62,839 bases of DNA, filler included, from 7 parts of 7 records of this genome joined end to end with filler, not necessarily neighbours in it; one strand, 5' to 3'. Counted from the first letter of the whole stretch, positions 1 to 9,438 are shown. The notes: a model not told the origin generated them from the sequence alone. Program-made: numbers and translations.

Positions 1-1862
1 GGATCCAGGCTGCTCTCCACCAGCTCCATCAGGCGCAGGTCCGTTTTATGTCCCATTCTCAGGAAAAGCTCTTTCAGAAGCTCGCGCCGGGAAGCATCGC
101 CCTCCGCGAAGGCCCTAATCATAAGGCTCATATCCCCGGCTCCCGATTTCATGGCCATGTTGCTGAGGAGGGACTCGTTCAGTTCCTCCTCGTCCCAGTC
201 CCGGAGGCTGAGGAGGAGCTCCAGGCTGCGGGGATGTCTGGAATTCCCCAATGCCTTGAGCAGGGCCGTTTTCAGCTCTACCGTTTCCATGGGATCGTTG
301 AGCAGGGCGTCCACAGTCTCGATGATAGCGTCTCCCCCTCTGTCCAGAAGGGTTTCGGCAGCGCTTACCCTTACCTCTCCCACATGATCATGCAGGGATT
401 CCCTGACCCGCATCATCTCCTTATCCCCGCCCATAAAGCCCAGGGCCCTCAGGGCGGCGCAGCGGCTTTCGGGTTCGGGCGAATCAAGCTGTTTCAGGAA
501 GTAGGGGACGAAGCGGTCGTTTCCTGATCGGGCGAGAAAGGCCGTCATCCTCTGATGCAGCAGGGCGTCGGGTGATCCATAGACAGCTGCTACGCAGCTA
601 TCGAAGAACTCGGGCTGTTCCTCTGCAGCCTGGGCCGCCAGGTTTAGTCCCTCAACGGGACGGGCCAGATCCAAATGCTCCAGAAGATAGAGGACCGTCC
701 CCGATTCTCCCAGGCGGATAAGAAGGCTCAGCGCACGCTTACGGACCAGGAAGGGTCTCTCCTCATCTCTGAGGAGGGCATTGAGATCCGACAGGCAGGC
801 TGATACGGGAACGCGGCTATAGGCCCTGTTCAGGGCCCCCCAGGCGGGGAAGCCGGGATCCTCCAGATAGACTTTCAATACAGGGTAAAACCTTTGCATT
901 CCTTCGGCGGGAAGACCCTCCAGAAGGATGGGGAAAAGCTCCCAGCTCCGAAGATGCAGGAGATCGTGCTGCAGGGCGATGCTGTCGGGATCCCGTCTTT
1001 GCAACAGGCAGTCCAGGGCACGGCGCCTGATGATCCCGAAATCGGGATGAGCGCTTCTGTCTTTCAGTAGCCTGGATATGACGGGAATGAACCGGGGGCT
1101 TTCCGCTCCCCCCGCAAAAAGCTCAAGGGCCATGAGAAGCGAGTCGGCGCTCTTCAGGTTTTTGCGTTTGGCCAGAAAGGCTCCGACCTGATGGTCCGCG
1201 GCCCGTCTGAGGATACTGAGTCGGCGCTCGAAATCCTTCCGGTCTGAGCGCCTCGCCTCCCTGAGGAGGCGATCCAGAACGCCCGTGCGCTCCAGGAAAA
1301 GGGCCGCCGCCAACACGATTCCCGGCCGCTCGTCCTCAAGCATCTCCAGGGCCAGGTTGTGGTCATGGGCCGAATGGGGATCCAGCAGTTCCAGGCAGTG
1401 GATCTTCTGTTCCGGACTCAGCATCTTGGGACTGATCTTGAACAGATCGTTGAAATCGCTGCGTAGTCTGGCATGGGCCGCCTGGCGAAGGGAGGGGACG
1501 GGGTCTCCGATATAGGCCTCGAACAGGCTGTTAAACAGCAGATGCCGGTCCGATGAGCGGAACTGTCGTATAATCAGGCTGCGGCAGTCCCTGCTGCTGT
1601 CGCGGAACAGGAGCCAAAGCCTGCTGCGCACAAGGGTGTCGTCAGAGCAAAGGAGGATAGAGGCCGCTCCCTTTCTCTTCTTCTCATCCGGATCGTCCAG
1701 AAAGGGGAGGAGCTCTTCCTGGCGGCGCAGAAGGAGTCCCTCTTTCCAGGGACGCGGGTCTTCCTCAGATACCGCCCGGTACAGGAAGGGCTCCAAGGGG
1801 CTGTGCAGGTCTCTCAGGCTGCGGTGAAACGCCTTCCTCTTCGCGAGTGTCCCTTTCAACAT
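1..1862 (-). CDS. HEAT/ARM-like helical repeat protein, 3' end truncated by window edge (>620 aa)
   Basis: Absent from the ORF track because no stop falls inside the window. Manual translation from ATG at 1862 gives MLKGTLAKRKAFHRSL...FLDDPDEKKRKGAASILL...DPVPSLRQAAHARL..., and the window-edge end reads in the same frame (DLRLMELVESSLD). Recurrent D-P-x-x-x-x-R-x-x-A motifs. Start overlaps the stop region of the upstream GAF ORF. Confidence 0.7.
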   Translation of the reverse strand, partial: MLKGTLAKRKAFHRSLRDLHSPLEPFLYRAVSEEDPRPWKEGLLLRRQEELLPFLDDPDEKKRKGAASILLCSDDTLVRSRLWLLFRDSSRDCRSLIIRQFRSSDRHLLFNSLFEAYIGDPVPSLRQAAHARLRSDFNDLFKISPKMLSPEQKIHCLELLDPHSAHDHNLALEMLEDERPGIVLAAALFLERTGVLDRLLREARRSDRKDFERRLSILRRAADHQVGAFLAKRKNLKSADSLLMALELFAGGAESPRFIPVISRLLKDRSAHPDFGIIRRRALDCLLQRRDPDSIALQHDLLHLRSWELFPILLEGLPAEGMQRFYPVLKVYLEDPGFPAWGALNRAYSRVPVSACLSDLNALLRDEERPFLVRKRALSLLIRLGESGTVLYLLEHLDLARPVEGLNLAAQAAEEQPEFFDSCVAAVYGSPDALLHQRMTAFLARSGNDRFVPYFLKQLDSPEPESRCAALRALGFMGGDKEMMRVRESLHDHVGEVRVSAAETLLDRGGDAIIETVDALLNDPMETVELKTALLKALGNSRHPRSLELLLSLRDWDEEELNESLLSNMAMKSGAGDMSLMIRAFAEGDASRRELLKELFLRMGHKTDLRLMELVESSLD

Positions 1863-2299
1863 CCGAGGGCCTCCTGCAGGGTGCAAAGGCGAAGCCTGTC
1901 GATACGGCTGAGTTCTTCCAGCGCAGCGACATGCCGGGAATTGTAATGCCCCTCATACAGGCTGTTAAGATACAGGATGCCATGGATTCCGGACTCCTGT
2001 CCCCCTGAAACGGGGCTGGCCAAGGCGCTTTTCATGCGGTGATTCAGGAAGGCTCCGGGATACTCCCCATCTTTTTCGGGAAGGCTGAGTATCTCGCCGC
2101 AGTCCATTACAAAGGCCAGGGAGTCGGGGTCGGCTTCTTCGGGGACATGCTCGCGAAAAAGGCCCCGCACCTCCGGGGAGCAAGGGCCTTTTGAGTTGTC
2201 AATAGGATAGTATACAGCCAGATCGGAAGCGGTCAGCTCAAAGGCATGAGTAATAAAATCGCCTATGTCGTCCCGTTCGGGCCCTGTCGCGGTATCGAT
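1856..2299 (-). CDS. Stand-alone GAF-domain protein (~147 aa), probable non-canonical ATC start
   Basis: Track ORF 1856-2170 stays open upstream to the glpK stop. GAF-like C-terminal pattern MKSALASPV...IHGILYLNS...HY...HVAALEELS. AGGAGG lies 8 nt before ATC at 2299. Confidence 0.65.
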   Translation of the reverse strand: MDTATGPERDDIGDFITHAFELTASDLAVYYPIDNSKGPCSPEVRGLFREHVPEEADPDSLAFVMDCGEILSLPEKDGEYPGAFLNHRMKSALASPVSGGQESGIHGILYLNSLYEGHYNSRHVAALEELSRIDRLRLCTLQEALGC

Positions 2300-2311
2300 G
2301 GAAAGTGCCTC

Positions 2312-3790
2312 CTAGGCAAGACAATCCTCAACCGCCTTCTTCCAGCCGCCGTAAAGGGTGTTTCTCTTTTCCTCACTCATGGAAGGCTCAAAGGATTTGT
2401 CTTTTTCCCAGATTGTACTGATTTCATCCAGTGAATTCCAGAAGCCTACGGCCAATCCTGCAAGATAAGCGGCTCCCAGGGCGGTCGTTTCGATGGATTT
2501 CGGTCTGATAACCGTATTGCTGATGATATCAGACTGAAACTGCATCAGGATATTGCTCCGTGAGGCACCGCCGTCTACCTTGATGTTATGGAGCGGAATA
2601 CCAGACTCCTCGGCCATCACATCGATGACGTCTCGCGAACGATAGGCTATGGATTCGATGGCCGCCCTGCATATATGCCGTTTGTCGGCGGCTCTCGTCA
2701 GGCCGCTGATGGCCGCGCGGCTCTCCATAGCCCAGTAGGGGGTGCCAAGCCCCTGGAATGCGGGGACCAGGTAAACCCCCGCATTCCCCTCTACGTCCTC
2801 GGCAAGGCGGTCGCATTCGGGGGCGTTTTTAATGATTCCCAGATTATCCCGGAGCCACTGGATCACGGCTCCTCCCATGAAGATGCTTCCCTCGAGGGCG
2901 TAATGGGTCCGGCCGTCCCTGTTGAGGCCTATGGTCGTCAGAAGCCCCTTGCGGGAGCTGATCGGGGTCTCCCCCGTGTTCATCAGTACGAAGCAGCCTG
3001 TGCCGTAGGTGTTCTTCACATCCCCCTTCTCAAGGCACATCTGGCCGAAGAGAGCGGACTGCTGATCCCCGGCGATTCCGGCGATGGGGACCTCCGCTCC
3101 GAACAGTTCCTCATCCGTAACGCCGTAAATCTCGCTGCAGGATTTGACATCGGGCAGCATGGACCGGGGGATGTCCAGGTGTTTGAGGAGCTCGTCGTCC
3201 CACTGGAGGGTATGGATATTGAAAAGCAGGGTTCGACAGGCGTTGGTCATGTCCGTGACATGCACCTTGCCTTTGGTCAGATTCCATATCAACCAGGTGT
3301 CTATGGTGCCGAATAGCAGCTCTCCCGCCTCTGCTCTCTCGCGGGCTCCCGTGACATTGTCCAGGATCCAGCGAATCTTTGTTCCTGAGAAATAGGCGTC
3401 GAGAGGGAGGCCTGTCTTATTGTGGAATGTCTCTTCCAGGCCCTGCTCTTTCAGTTTATAGCAGAGATCCGCTGTACGGCGGCATTGCCAGACGATGGCG
3501 TTGTAAACGGGCTTTCCCGTTTTTCTGTCCCAGACCACGGTAGTCTCCCGCTGGTTCGTTATCCCTATGGCCGAGATATCCTGAAGGGCGATTCCTTTAT
3601 CCTCCAGCACCTTATGCATCATATCCTTCTGGCAGGTCCATATCTCTTCGGGATCGTGCTCAACCCACTGCTCCCTCGGATAGATCTGAGCGAACTCACG
3701 TTGGCTCATTCCCTCGATCTTTCCCTCTTTACTGACGATAAGCGCACGGGAACTTGTGGTTCCCTGATCTAAAGCCATGATATATGCCAT
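2312..3790 (-). CDS. glpK: Glycerol kinase
   Basis: [49 protein letters not shown] and DGGAS motifs of FGGY-family glycerol kinases. Confidence 0.97.
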   Translation of the reverse strand: MAYIMALDQGTTSSRALIVSKEGKIEGMSQREFAQIYPREQWVEHDPEEIWTCQKDMMHKVLEDKGIALQDISAIGITNQRETTVVWDRKTGKPVYNAIVWQCRRTADLCYKLKEQGLEETFHNKTGLPLDAYFSGTKIRWILDNVTGARERAEAGELLFGTIDTWLIWNLTKGKVHVTDMTNACRTLLFNIHTLQWDDELLKHLDIPRSMLPDVKSCSEIYGVTDEELFGAEVPIAGIAGDQQSALFGQMCLEKGDVKNTYGTGCFVLMNTGETPISSRKGLLTTIGLNRDGRTHYALEGSIFMGGAVIQWLRDNLGIIKNAPECDRLAEDVEGNAGVYLVPAFQGLGTPYWAMESRAAISGLTRAADKRHICRAAIESIAYRSRDVIDVMAEESGIPLHNIKVDGGASRSNILMQFQSDIISNTVIRPKSIETTALGAAYLAGLAVGFWNSLDEISTIWEKDKSFEPSMSEEKRNTLYGGWKKAVEDCLA

Positions 3791-3800
3791 AAATACCTCT

Positions 3801-3881
3801 AAAAACGATCAAAATGTTATCAATAAAGATCATAAAACGATCCTTTCAAAACATTATCAGGGAGAAATCGGGATCTGTCCA
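3801..3881 (-). promoter_or_regulatory. glpK sigma70-type promoter with downstream tandem operator-like repeats
   Basis: On the minus strand, TGGACA (3881-3876), 17-nt spacer, GATAAT (3858-3853). Four 10-11-bp repeats at 3801-3843, e.g. TGATCGTTTTT. Confidence 0.55.
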
Positions 3882-3949
3882 CAAAAAATATCGACTCCCT
3901 AATAAAATTAATATACTCTCAAAGGAAAACGGCCGATAATTGAAGGGTT

Positions 3950-6139
3950 ATGAACTTAGTCAAGGTTGCAACAGGGCTATACTGGCTGGAAATACCGGAA
4001 AAAAACCTCTATCTGATGTGCGGCTGCCCCATGGACAGCATCAAGCATCTGATGAACAAGGGAATCATCCGCAGCCTGGAGCGTGATGACTGCTATATGG
4101 AAAGCGGTCCCAATGCCATCCTCCTCTCAGACCTTTCCGTACAGAACGGGTACTTTTGCAATCTGGCGGAGTTCCCCATCCTGCATATGATGTACAAGCA
4201 GGGAATGGCTCTGCCGGGCCATCCCGGAAATACAGGGGAAAAGCCCAGGCTCATCGGAACGTCCGGTCAGGTGGAAGCCCAGAAGAGCTATATTTTCAGA
4301 GGGAACTACGGACTCGCTTCGCGTGAAGAGTTTCGGGAGGCGGGTTGCGGCCCCGAAGAGGTGGAGCTGATGTGGCAGCTGAAGATGAAGTTCAGCTTCG
4401 GCAAGATCCTGGCTCCGGAAGAACTGATCGATACAAGCTTGGTGAACGGAGAGGCCGTAGAGCTGCGTCCGGGTGTCTTCCTCAAGAGGAAGAAGCTGAA
4501 TATCTACTCCCTCACTTATAAGGATGAAACCGTAGAGATCGATCTGAATCTGAATGAGGATGAGACCTATGAGGCCCCTTATGAACTGAAAGCCGGCCGT
4601 ATAAAAAGGCAGTATTTCTCGCTGATCCATGTGGGTGAGGGAAACGGCTGGGACAACAAGCGCCCCTGTATGGGTACCATCATCTGTTATGCCGGCAAGC
4701 TCTATCTGATAGATGCGGGGCCCAATATCGAGTCCTCATTGAATGCCCTGGGCGTCAGCGTCAACGACATCGAGGGGATCTTTCACACTCATATACACGA
4801 CGATCACTTCGCTGGCCTGACCTATCTGATCATGGCGGACCACCGGATTAAGTACTATGCGACTTCAGCCGTAATGGAAACGGCCAGAAAGAAGCTCTCC
4901 GCACTTATGGGGCATAAAGAGAACATCTTCGATATCGTACTGGAACCCGTCGTCCTGGACAGCCATGAATGGAATGATATCGACGGGCTCGAGGTCCGTC
5001 CTCTGTTCTCGCCCCATCCCGTGGAAACCTCCATATTCTATTTCCGCGTAATGGATGAGGCCGGACATAAAATCTACGGTCATCTGGCCGACATCGTCAC
5101 GGATCGAGTGCTCCAGCGTTTTCTGGCCGGTGACGGCAAACCGGGGATCCCCCGTGATTTTTACGAATCCGTCTGGAAAGACTACCTTCGGTTCGCCGAT
5201 ATCAAGAAGGTCGACGTAGGCGGGGGGATGGTCCACGGAGACGCATCCGATTTCCGTGCCGATCCTTCTGAGAAGCTCATACTCAGCCATCTGGACAGGG
5301 CGCTCAACGATGATGAGAGGCGGATAGGCGTGTCTGTCGACTTCGGAGATCAGGATGTTCTGATTCCGGCCAAAGAGAATTACGCGCTGATGAAAGCCGG
5401 ACAGCTTCTGAGTTCCTACTTTCCCGATTCCGACTGGTCCGATCTGGATCAGCTTCTCACATCGCCTTTGATGGAGTTCGAGGCCGGAGACGTTCTGGTG
5501 GAAGACAGCACCCGCAGCGACAATGTGTTTCTTATTATCTACGGCGCTGTGAACTATATATTCTCCGAGATCAGCACCTGCCACAGGATGACCGCGGGCA
5601 GTACGGTGGGGCTTCTCAACGGTCTCTGGGACGAACCCATCAGGGGAACCTACAGGGCCGCCGCCCATACGGAGGTCCTGGTGATCCGGAAAGAGGTCTT
5701 TAAGAGATTCCTGAACAGGAATCACAGCCTGAAGGCGGTTAAGGCGCTCAGCCGGACGATCCTGGATATGCGCAACTCTTCGCTTCTGGGGTCCAGGATA
5801 TCAAACTTCAAACTGATAAAGATCGCGAGGAAGGCGGAGATCATGCGATTGGAACCGGGAGAGGTTATCCCCGGGGGATGGCCTGAGGATATCTATCTCC
5901 TGAAAAAAGGAAAAGTAGAGGTCTATAAGGGTCCCGGAAAGATCGGCTGCCTAAAAAAATGGGACAGCTGGGGCGGTTACCTCGCTCCCTCTTTCCACGA
6001 CGGCATCCCTCTGGAAGCCCGGGCGGCCGGTAAAATTCCCTGTGAGTTCTACAGACTCGGCTATGAGGATTTCAAGGATATACCAGTGGTTCAGTGGAAA
6101 CTGTTCCAGATACGATCCTGCTGGAGCTCGGCCCGCTGA
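3950..6139 (+). CDS. MBL-fold metallohydrolase with C-terminal cyclic-nucleotide-binding-like domains
   Basis: LIDAG and THIHDDH (HxHxDH) motifs plus SPHPVET. The C-terminal third has two CAP/cNMP-like segments (FEAGDVLV...VFLIIYGAV; LEPGEVI...IYLLKKGKVEV). Confidence 0.8.
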   Translation: MNLVKVATGLYWLEIPEKNLYLMCGCPMDSIKHLMNKGIIRSLERDDCYMESGPNAILLSDLSVQNGYFCNLAEFPILHMMYKQGMALPGHPGNTGEKPRLIGTSGQVEAQKSYIFRGNYGLASREEFREAGCGPEEVELMWQLKMKFSFGKILAPEELIDTSLVNGEAVELRPGVFLKRKKLNIYSLTYKDETVEIDLNLNEDETYEAPYELKAGRIKRQYFSLIHVGEGNGWDNKRPCMGTIICYAGKLYLIDAGPNIESSLNALGVSVNDIEGIFHTHIHDDHFAGLTYLIMADHRIKYYATSAVMETARKKLSALMGHKENIFDIVLEPVVLDSHEWNDIDGLEVRPLFSPHPVETSIFYFRVMDEAGHKIYGHLADIVTDRVLQRFLAGDGKPGIPRDFYESVWKDYLRFADIKKVDVGGGMVHGDASDFRADPSEKLILSHLDRALNDDERRIGVSVDFGDQDVLIPAKENYALMKAGQLLSSYFPDSDWSDLDQLLTSPLMEFEAGDVLVEDSTRSDNVFLIIYGAVNYIFSEISTCHRMTAGSTVGLLNGLWDEPIRGTYRAAAHTEVLVIRKEVFKRFLNRNHSLKAVKALSRTILDMRNSSLLGSRISNFKLIKIARKAEIMRLEPGEVIPGGWPEDIYLLKKGKVEVYKGPGKIGCLKKWDSWGGYLAPSFHDGIPLEARAAGKIPCEFYRLGYEDFKDIPVVQWKLFQIRSCWSSAR

Positions 6140-6193
6140 AAGCTCTTCCCTCCGGACTGGAAATTTTTTCAGAATTCTAATACAGTCCTCCCT

Positions 6194-7480
6194 ATGACCA
6201 GGAACACGAACTACGACTGTCTTATTATCGGAACCGGACCTGCCGGTTTGGGGGCCGCTTTCCGCCTGATACAAAGCCGGCCCGATATGAAGATCCTTAT
6301 GCTGGATAAGTCCAATTTCTCTACCGGCGGGCTGAGAAACGACTGTAAGATGAACTTCACCTATCCCATCGGATTCACACTGGAAAACTGGGAGAGGGAC
6401 GAGGCCGAGCACTATCTGGAGCAGGTGGAAGCCATACTCAGGCCCGATCTCCTGGATAAGAAGAACATCGAAGTCTATGAGAAGAGGGCGGCCACCTTGG
6501 GCGTCGAGCTTCTGAACATCCGCCAAACCCATCTGGGAACCGACGGCGGTCTGGAGCTTATCAAAAAGCTCTGTGCCGAACTGGAAAGCCTGGGCGTTGA
6601 GTTCTCCCTGGGCGATGAGGTCCTGAGCGTTCATGAACAGGAGAAGTATATCCGCACCGGCAAGGGCGAATACAGCTACGAGCATCTTATCATCGCCCCC
6701 GGCCGGCAGGGATTCAGTTTTCTGCAGAAGGTGATGAAGGACCTGGATATCTTCTTTATCGATAATGTCGTGGACATCGGCATCAGGGTCGAGACCAGGC
6801 TGGAACACTATCCCATCGTCAAGGATTACTACGATCCCAAGTTTCATTTTCCCGGAAAGGTAAGGACCTTCTGCACCAACAGCGGAAACGCCCATGTTGT
6901 TCAGGAAAAGTACCGGACCCACGACGGAAAGACCTTCTACTCAGCCAACGGGCACGCCTGGTCGAAGAACAAAAAGAACGACAACGGCCTGGTGAACTTC
7001 GCCATGCTCAAAACCATAAGGCTGACCGCGCCGCTGGCCAGCGGTCACAACTATGCCGAGATCATAGGCCTGCAGGCGGCCCTTCTGGGAGGCGGTAAAC
7101 CCATCATGCAGCGCGTGGGGGACTTCCGTCTGTCCAAACGGTCCAAAGAGGAGAGCTTTAACAGTGACTACTACGATTTCGAGCCCACCCTGAAGTCCGC
7201 ATCCCCCGGGGATATCGCCCTGGCCATGCCCAGCAAAATTCTGCGGGCCATCTGGAAGTCCATGAAGCAGCTGGACACCATCATTCCCGGCGTGCTTCAT
7301 CCCTCCACAATCATGTACTATCCCGAAATAAAAATGTACGCCAACAAGCCCGAGTTCGCCGATGCCCATTTCAGAGTGAAAGAGGGGATCTATATGATCG
7401 GAGACGGAGCGGGAACGAGCCGCGGTATTACCGGGGCCTGGGCCAGCGGAATCCGGGCGGCGGAAGGAATACTAAACTAG
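6194..7480 (+). CDS. FAD/NAD(P)-dependent oxidoreductase (uncharacterised family)
   Basis: N-terminal IIGTGPAG dinucleotide-binding motif, VRTFCTN, YYPEIK and C-terminal IGDGAGTSRGI. Confidence 0.85.
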   Translation: MTRNTNYDCLIIGTGPAGLGAAFRLIQSRPDMKILMLDKSNFSTGGLRNDCKMNFTYPIGFTLENWERDEAEHYLEQVEAILRPDLLDKKNIEVYEKRAATLGVELLNIRQTHLGTDGGLELIKKLCAELESLGVEFSLGDEVLSVHEQEKYIRTGKGEYSYEHLIIAPGRQGFSFLQKVMKDLDIFFIDNVVDIGIRVETRLEHYPIVKDYYDPKFHFPGKVRTFCTNSGNAHVVQEKYRTHDGKTFYSANGHAWSKNKKNDNGLVNFAMLKTIRLTAPLASGHNYAEIIGLQAALLGGGKPIMQRVGDFRLSKRSKEESFNSDYYDFEPTLKSASPGDIALAMPSKILRAIWKSMKQLDTIIPGVLHPSTIMYYPEIKMYANKPEFADAHFRVKEGIYMIGDGAGTSRGITGAWASGIRAAEGILN

Positions 7481-7950
7481 ATGAGTGAAAATCAGAGGCT
7501 GACCTTTGCCATTATCAGCCACCCGGACGCGGGTAAAACGACAATAACCGAAAAGCTTCTTCTTTTCGGTGGCGCCATCCATGCGGCGGGAGCCGTAAAA
7601 TCTGGAAAAAATGCCCGGAAAACGGTTTCCGACTTTATGGAGATGGAAAAGAACCGCGGTATCTCCATCTCCACCTCGGTTATGGGATTCGACTACCGGA
7701 GCAGAAAGGTGAATATTCTGGATACCCCGGGACACGCCGACTTCTCGGAGGACACCTACCGGACACTGACCGCCGTCGACAGCACCCTTATGGTGATAGA
7801 CTCGGTTAAGGGTGTCGAGGAACGGACCCGGAAGCTCTGCGAGATATGCCGGATGCGCAAGACCCCCATCATCACATTCGTCAACAAGTTCGACCGGGAA
7901 GGTAAGGAACCGGTGGAGCTTCTGGATGAGATCGAAGCGGAGCTGAATGT
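7481..7950 (+). CDS. prfC: Peptide chain release factor 3, partial (contig end)
   Basis: [53 protein letters not shown]. Confidence 0.95.
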
Positions 7951-8050
7951 NNNNNNNNNNNNNNNNNNNNNNNNNNNNNNNNNNNNNNNNNNNNTTAATT
8001 AATTAANNNNNNNNNNNNNNNNNNNNNNNNNNNNNNNNNNNNNNNNNNNN
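7951..8050. other. Artificial contig spacer
   Basis: N-run with central TTAATTAATTAA (stops in all six frames); genes truncated on both sides. Confidence 0.98.
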
Positions 8051-8622
8051 AGCCAGAATGCTTTTTTTCTGCTTCCGGTGGAATAGTAAATGGGAACGGA
8101 CACCGCCACGCCCTCGGGAATATTGTGAATGGCGATAGCTACGGCAATACTAATACCCAAAGCCGGGTCGTTCAAGCCGCTCATGAACGTGGCAAGTCCT
8201 TCCGGAAAGTTATGGATAGCAATGGCCAGCGCGGAAAAAAGTCCCATGCGCAGCAATTTTTTATCTCCGGTCTGTCCCTTTTCAAGATTCTTGGCCTCCA
8301 TATTACCCAACTCATGAGGGTTTTCATAAGAGGGCACTAACTTATCGATCAGTGCGATCAGTGCGATACCACAGAAAAAAGCAACCACCGTCCAGATGTA
8401 GCCGGGCTTGTCGCCTAGCGAAGCACTTAAGGATTCCCTGGCCTTAACAAAGATCTCCACCATGGAGACGTAGATCATCACACCCGCAGAAAAACCCAGC
8501 GCAGCACAAAGAAAATTTGGATTGAATTTCTTGGACATAAAGGCCATTAATGACCCAATACCCGTTGATAATCCGGCAAAGACAGTTAAACCCAATGCAA
8601 ATAGAATAGAGCCGCTTTCCAT
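8051..8622 (-). CDS. zupT: ZIP-family zinc transporter ZupT, partial
   Basis: [19 protein letters not shown], and HNFPEG/HNIPEG signature motifs. Confidence 0.93.
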
Positions 8623-8690
8623 ATTCCAAATCCTTATTTAATGAAATAATTTACGGGCAAAGAGACAAAAAGGCGAATATATTTTCTTCA

Positions 8691-8717
8691 GTAGGGACGA
8701 AATATTTTTCGCCCTAC
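8691..8717. repeat. GTAG-type REP-like palindrome
   Basis: GTAGGGACGAAATATTTTTCGCCCTAC is an imperfect inverted repeat bounded by GTAG...CTAC. Confidence 0.6.
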
Positions 8718-8741
8718 GAACACATCCTTTTTTTGGGACGA

Positions 8742-8810
8742 ACCCCGAAGCCTCGAGATACCCTCACACCCCACCCGAACCCCCAAACTCCCACACCCCA
8801 AAGTACTCCC
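8742..8810. repeat. C-rich degenerate ~8-bp tandem array (G4-consensus on minus strand)
   Basis: cccgaacc cccaaact cccacacc etc.; minus strand reads GGGG-TGT-GGG-AGTTT-GGGGG-TTC-GGG-T-GGGG. Confidence 0.6.
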
Positions 8811-8848
8811 GATTTTGCTTTTTCACATTTTAGTCCTATATTATTCCC

Positions 8849-9427
8849 ATGAAGAAAAGGATCATGAACATCTTTCTTTTTATTACCGCTGTTACAACGG
8901 TGATCCTGGTGTTCGGGTGTAAAAATATGTTCGCACCCACGCTCGGCGATCTTGACGGCGGGAACTCCATCTACAGAATGGATCAGGCCAGTCCGGCAGA
9001 TGTACTGCATAATTTTAAGTACTCGTACATTTACCGGGATAGTCTGATGTATGCCAATCTGATCGATTCGGAGTTCGTTTTTGTTTACTACCAACCCAGC
9101 GATGAAAGCGGTACCGGCCACTATGATTCCTGGATGCGATCGGTGGAATTGAGAACAACCGGACGATTTTTGTCCGCCTTCAATTACATCGACCTCATCT
9201 GGAACACAACCCTGGACAGCACTTATTATGAATTGGACGGGAACGAGATCCTAGTGGAAGCAGACACTCTGTTTGCAGCTGCCAATATCGCTGACATTTC
9301 AAAATCCTACCAGCTGACACTCGGTGACTACACCACACTGATCGGCGATGCAGAATTCCGTTTCAGAAAAGGCGCAGACGGAAAATGGCGCATTCTTCGG
9401 TGGGAAGATAAATACAACTCATACTAG
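8849..9427 (+). CDS. Hypothetical lipoprotein
   Basis: Basic N-terminus, hydrophobic core and lipobox VFG-C. C-terminal GKWRILRWED resembles NTF2-like folds (inference). Confidence 0.7.
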   Translation: MKKRIMNIFLFITAVTTVILVFGCKNMFAPTLGDLDGGNSIYRMDQASPADVLHNFKYSYIYRDSLMYANLIDSEFVFVYYQPSDESGTGHYDSWMRSVELRTTGRFLSAFNYIDLIWNTTLDSTYYELDGNEILVEADTLFAAANIADISKSYQLTLGDYTTLIGDAEFRFRKGADGKWRILRWEDKYNSY

Positions 9428-9438
9428 GGTATGAGCAA

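Noticed and set aside
48-1827. Several short plus-strand ORFs
   Set aside because: Shadow ORFs antisense to the long minus-strand helical-repeat gene in GC-rich DNA.
4127-7369. Long minus-strand ORFs (167, 286, 323, 142 aa)
   Set aside because: Antisense shadows of the MBL-fold and oxidoreductase genes, with no recognisable motifs.
7951-8050. TTAATTAATTAA palindrome recurring six times inside N-runs
   Set aside because: Synthetic linker with stops in all six frames; not biological. ORF ends that run into it are artefacts.
8714-9121. 135-aa minus-strand ORF with GVWGFGWG tail
   Set aside because: Antisense to the lipoprotein gene; the odd tail is just translation of the C-rich repeat.
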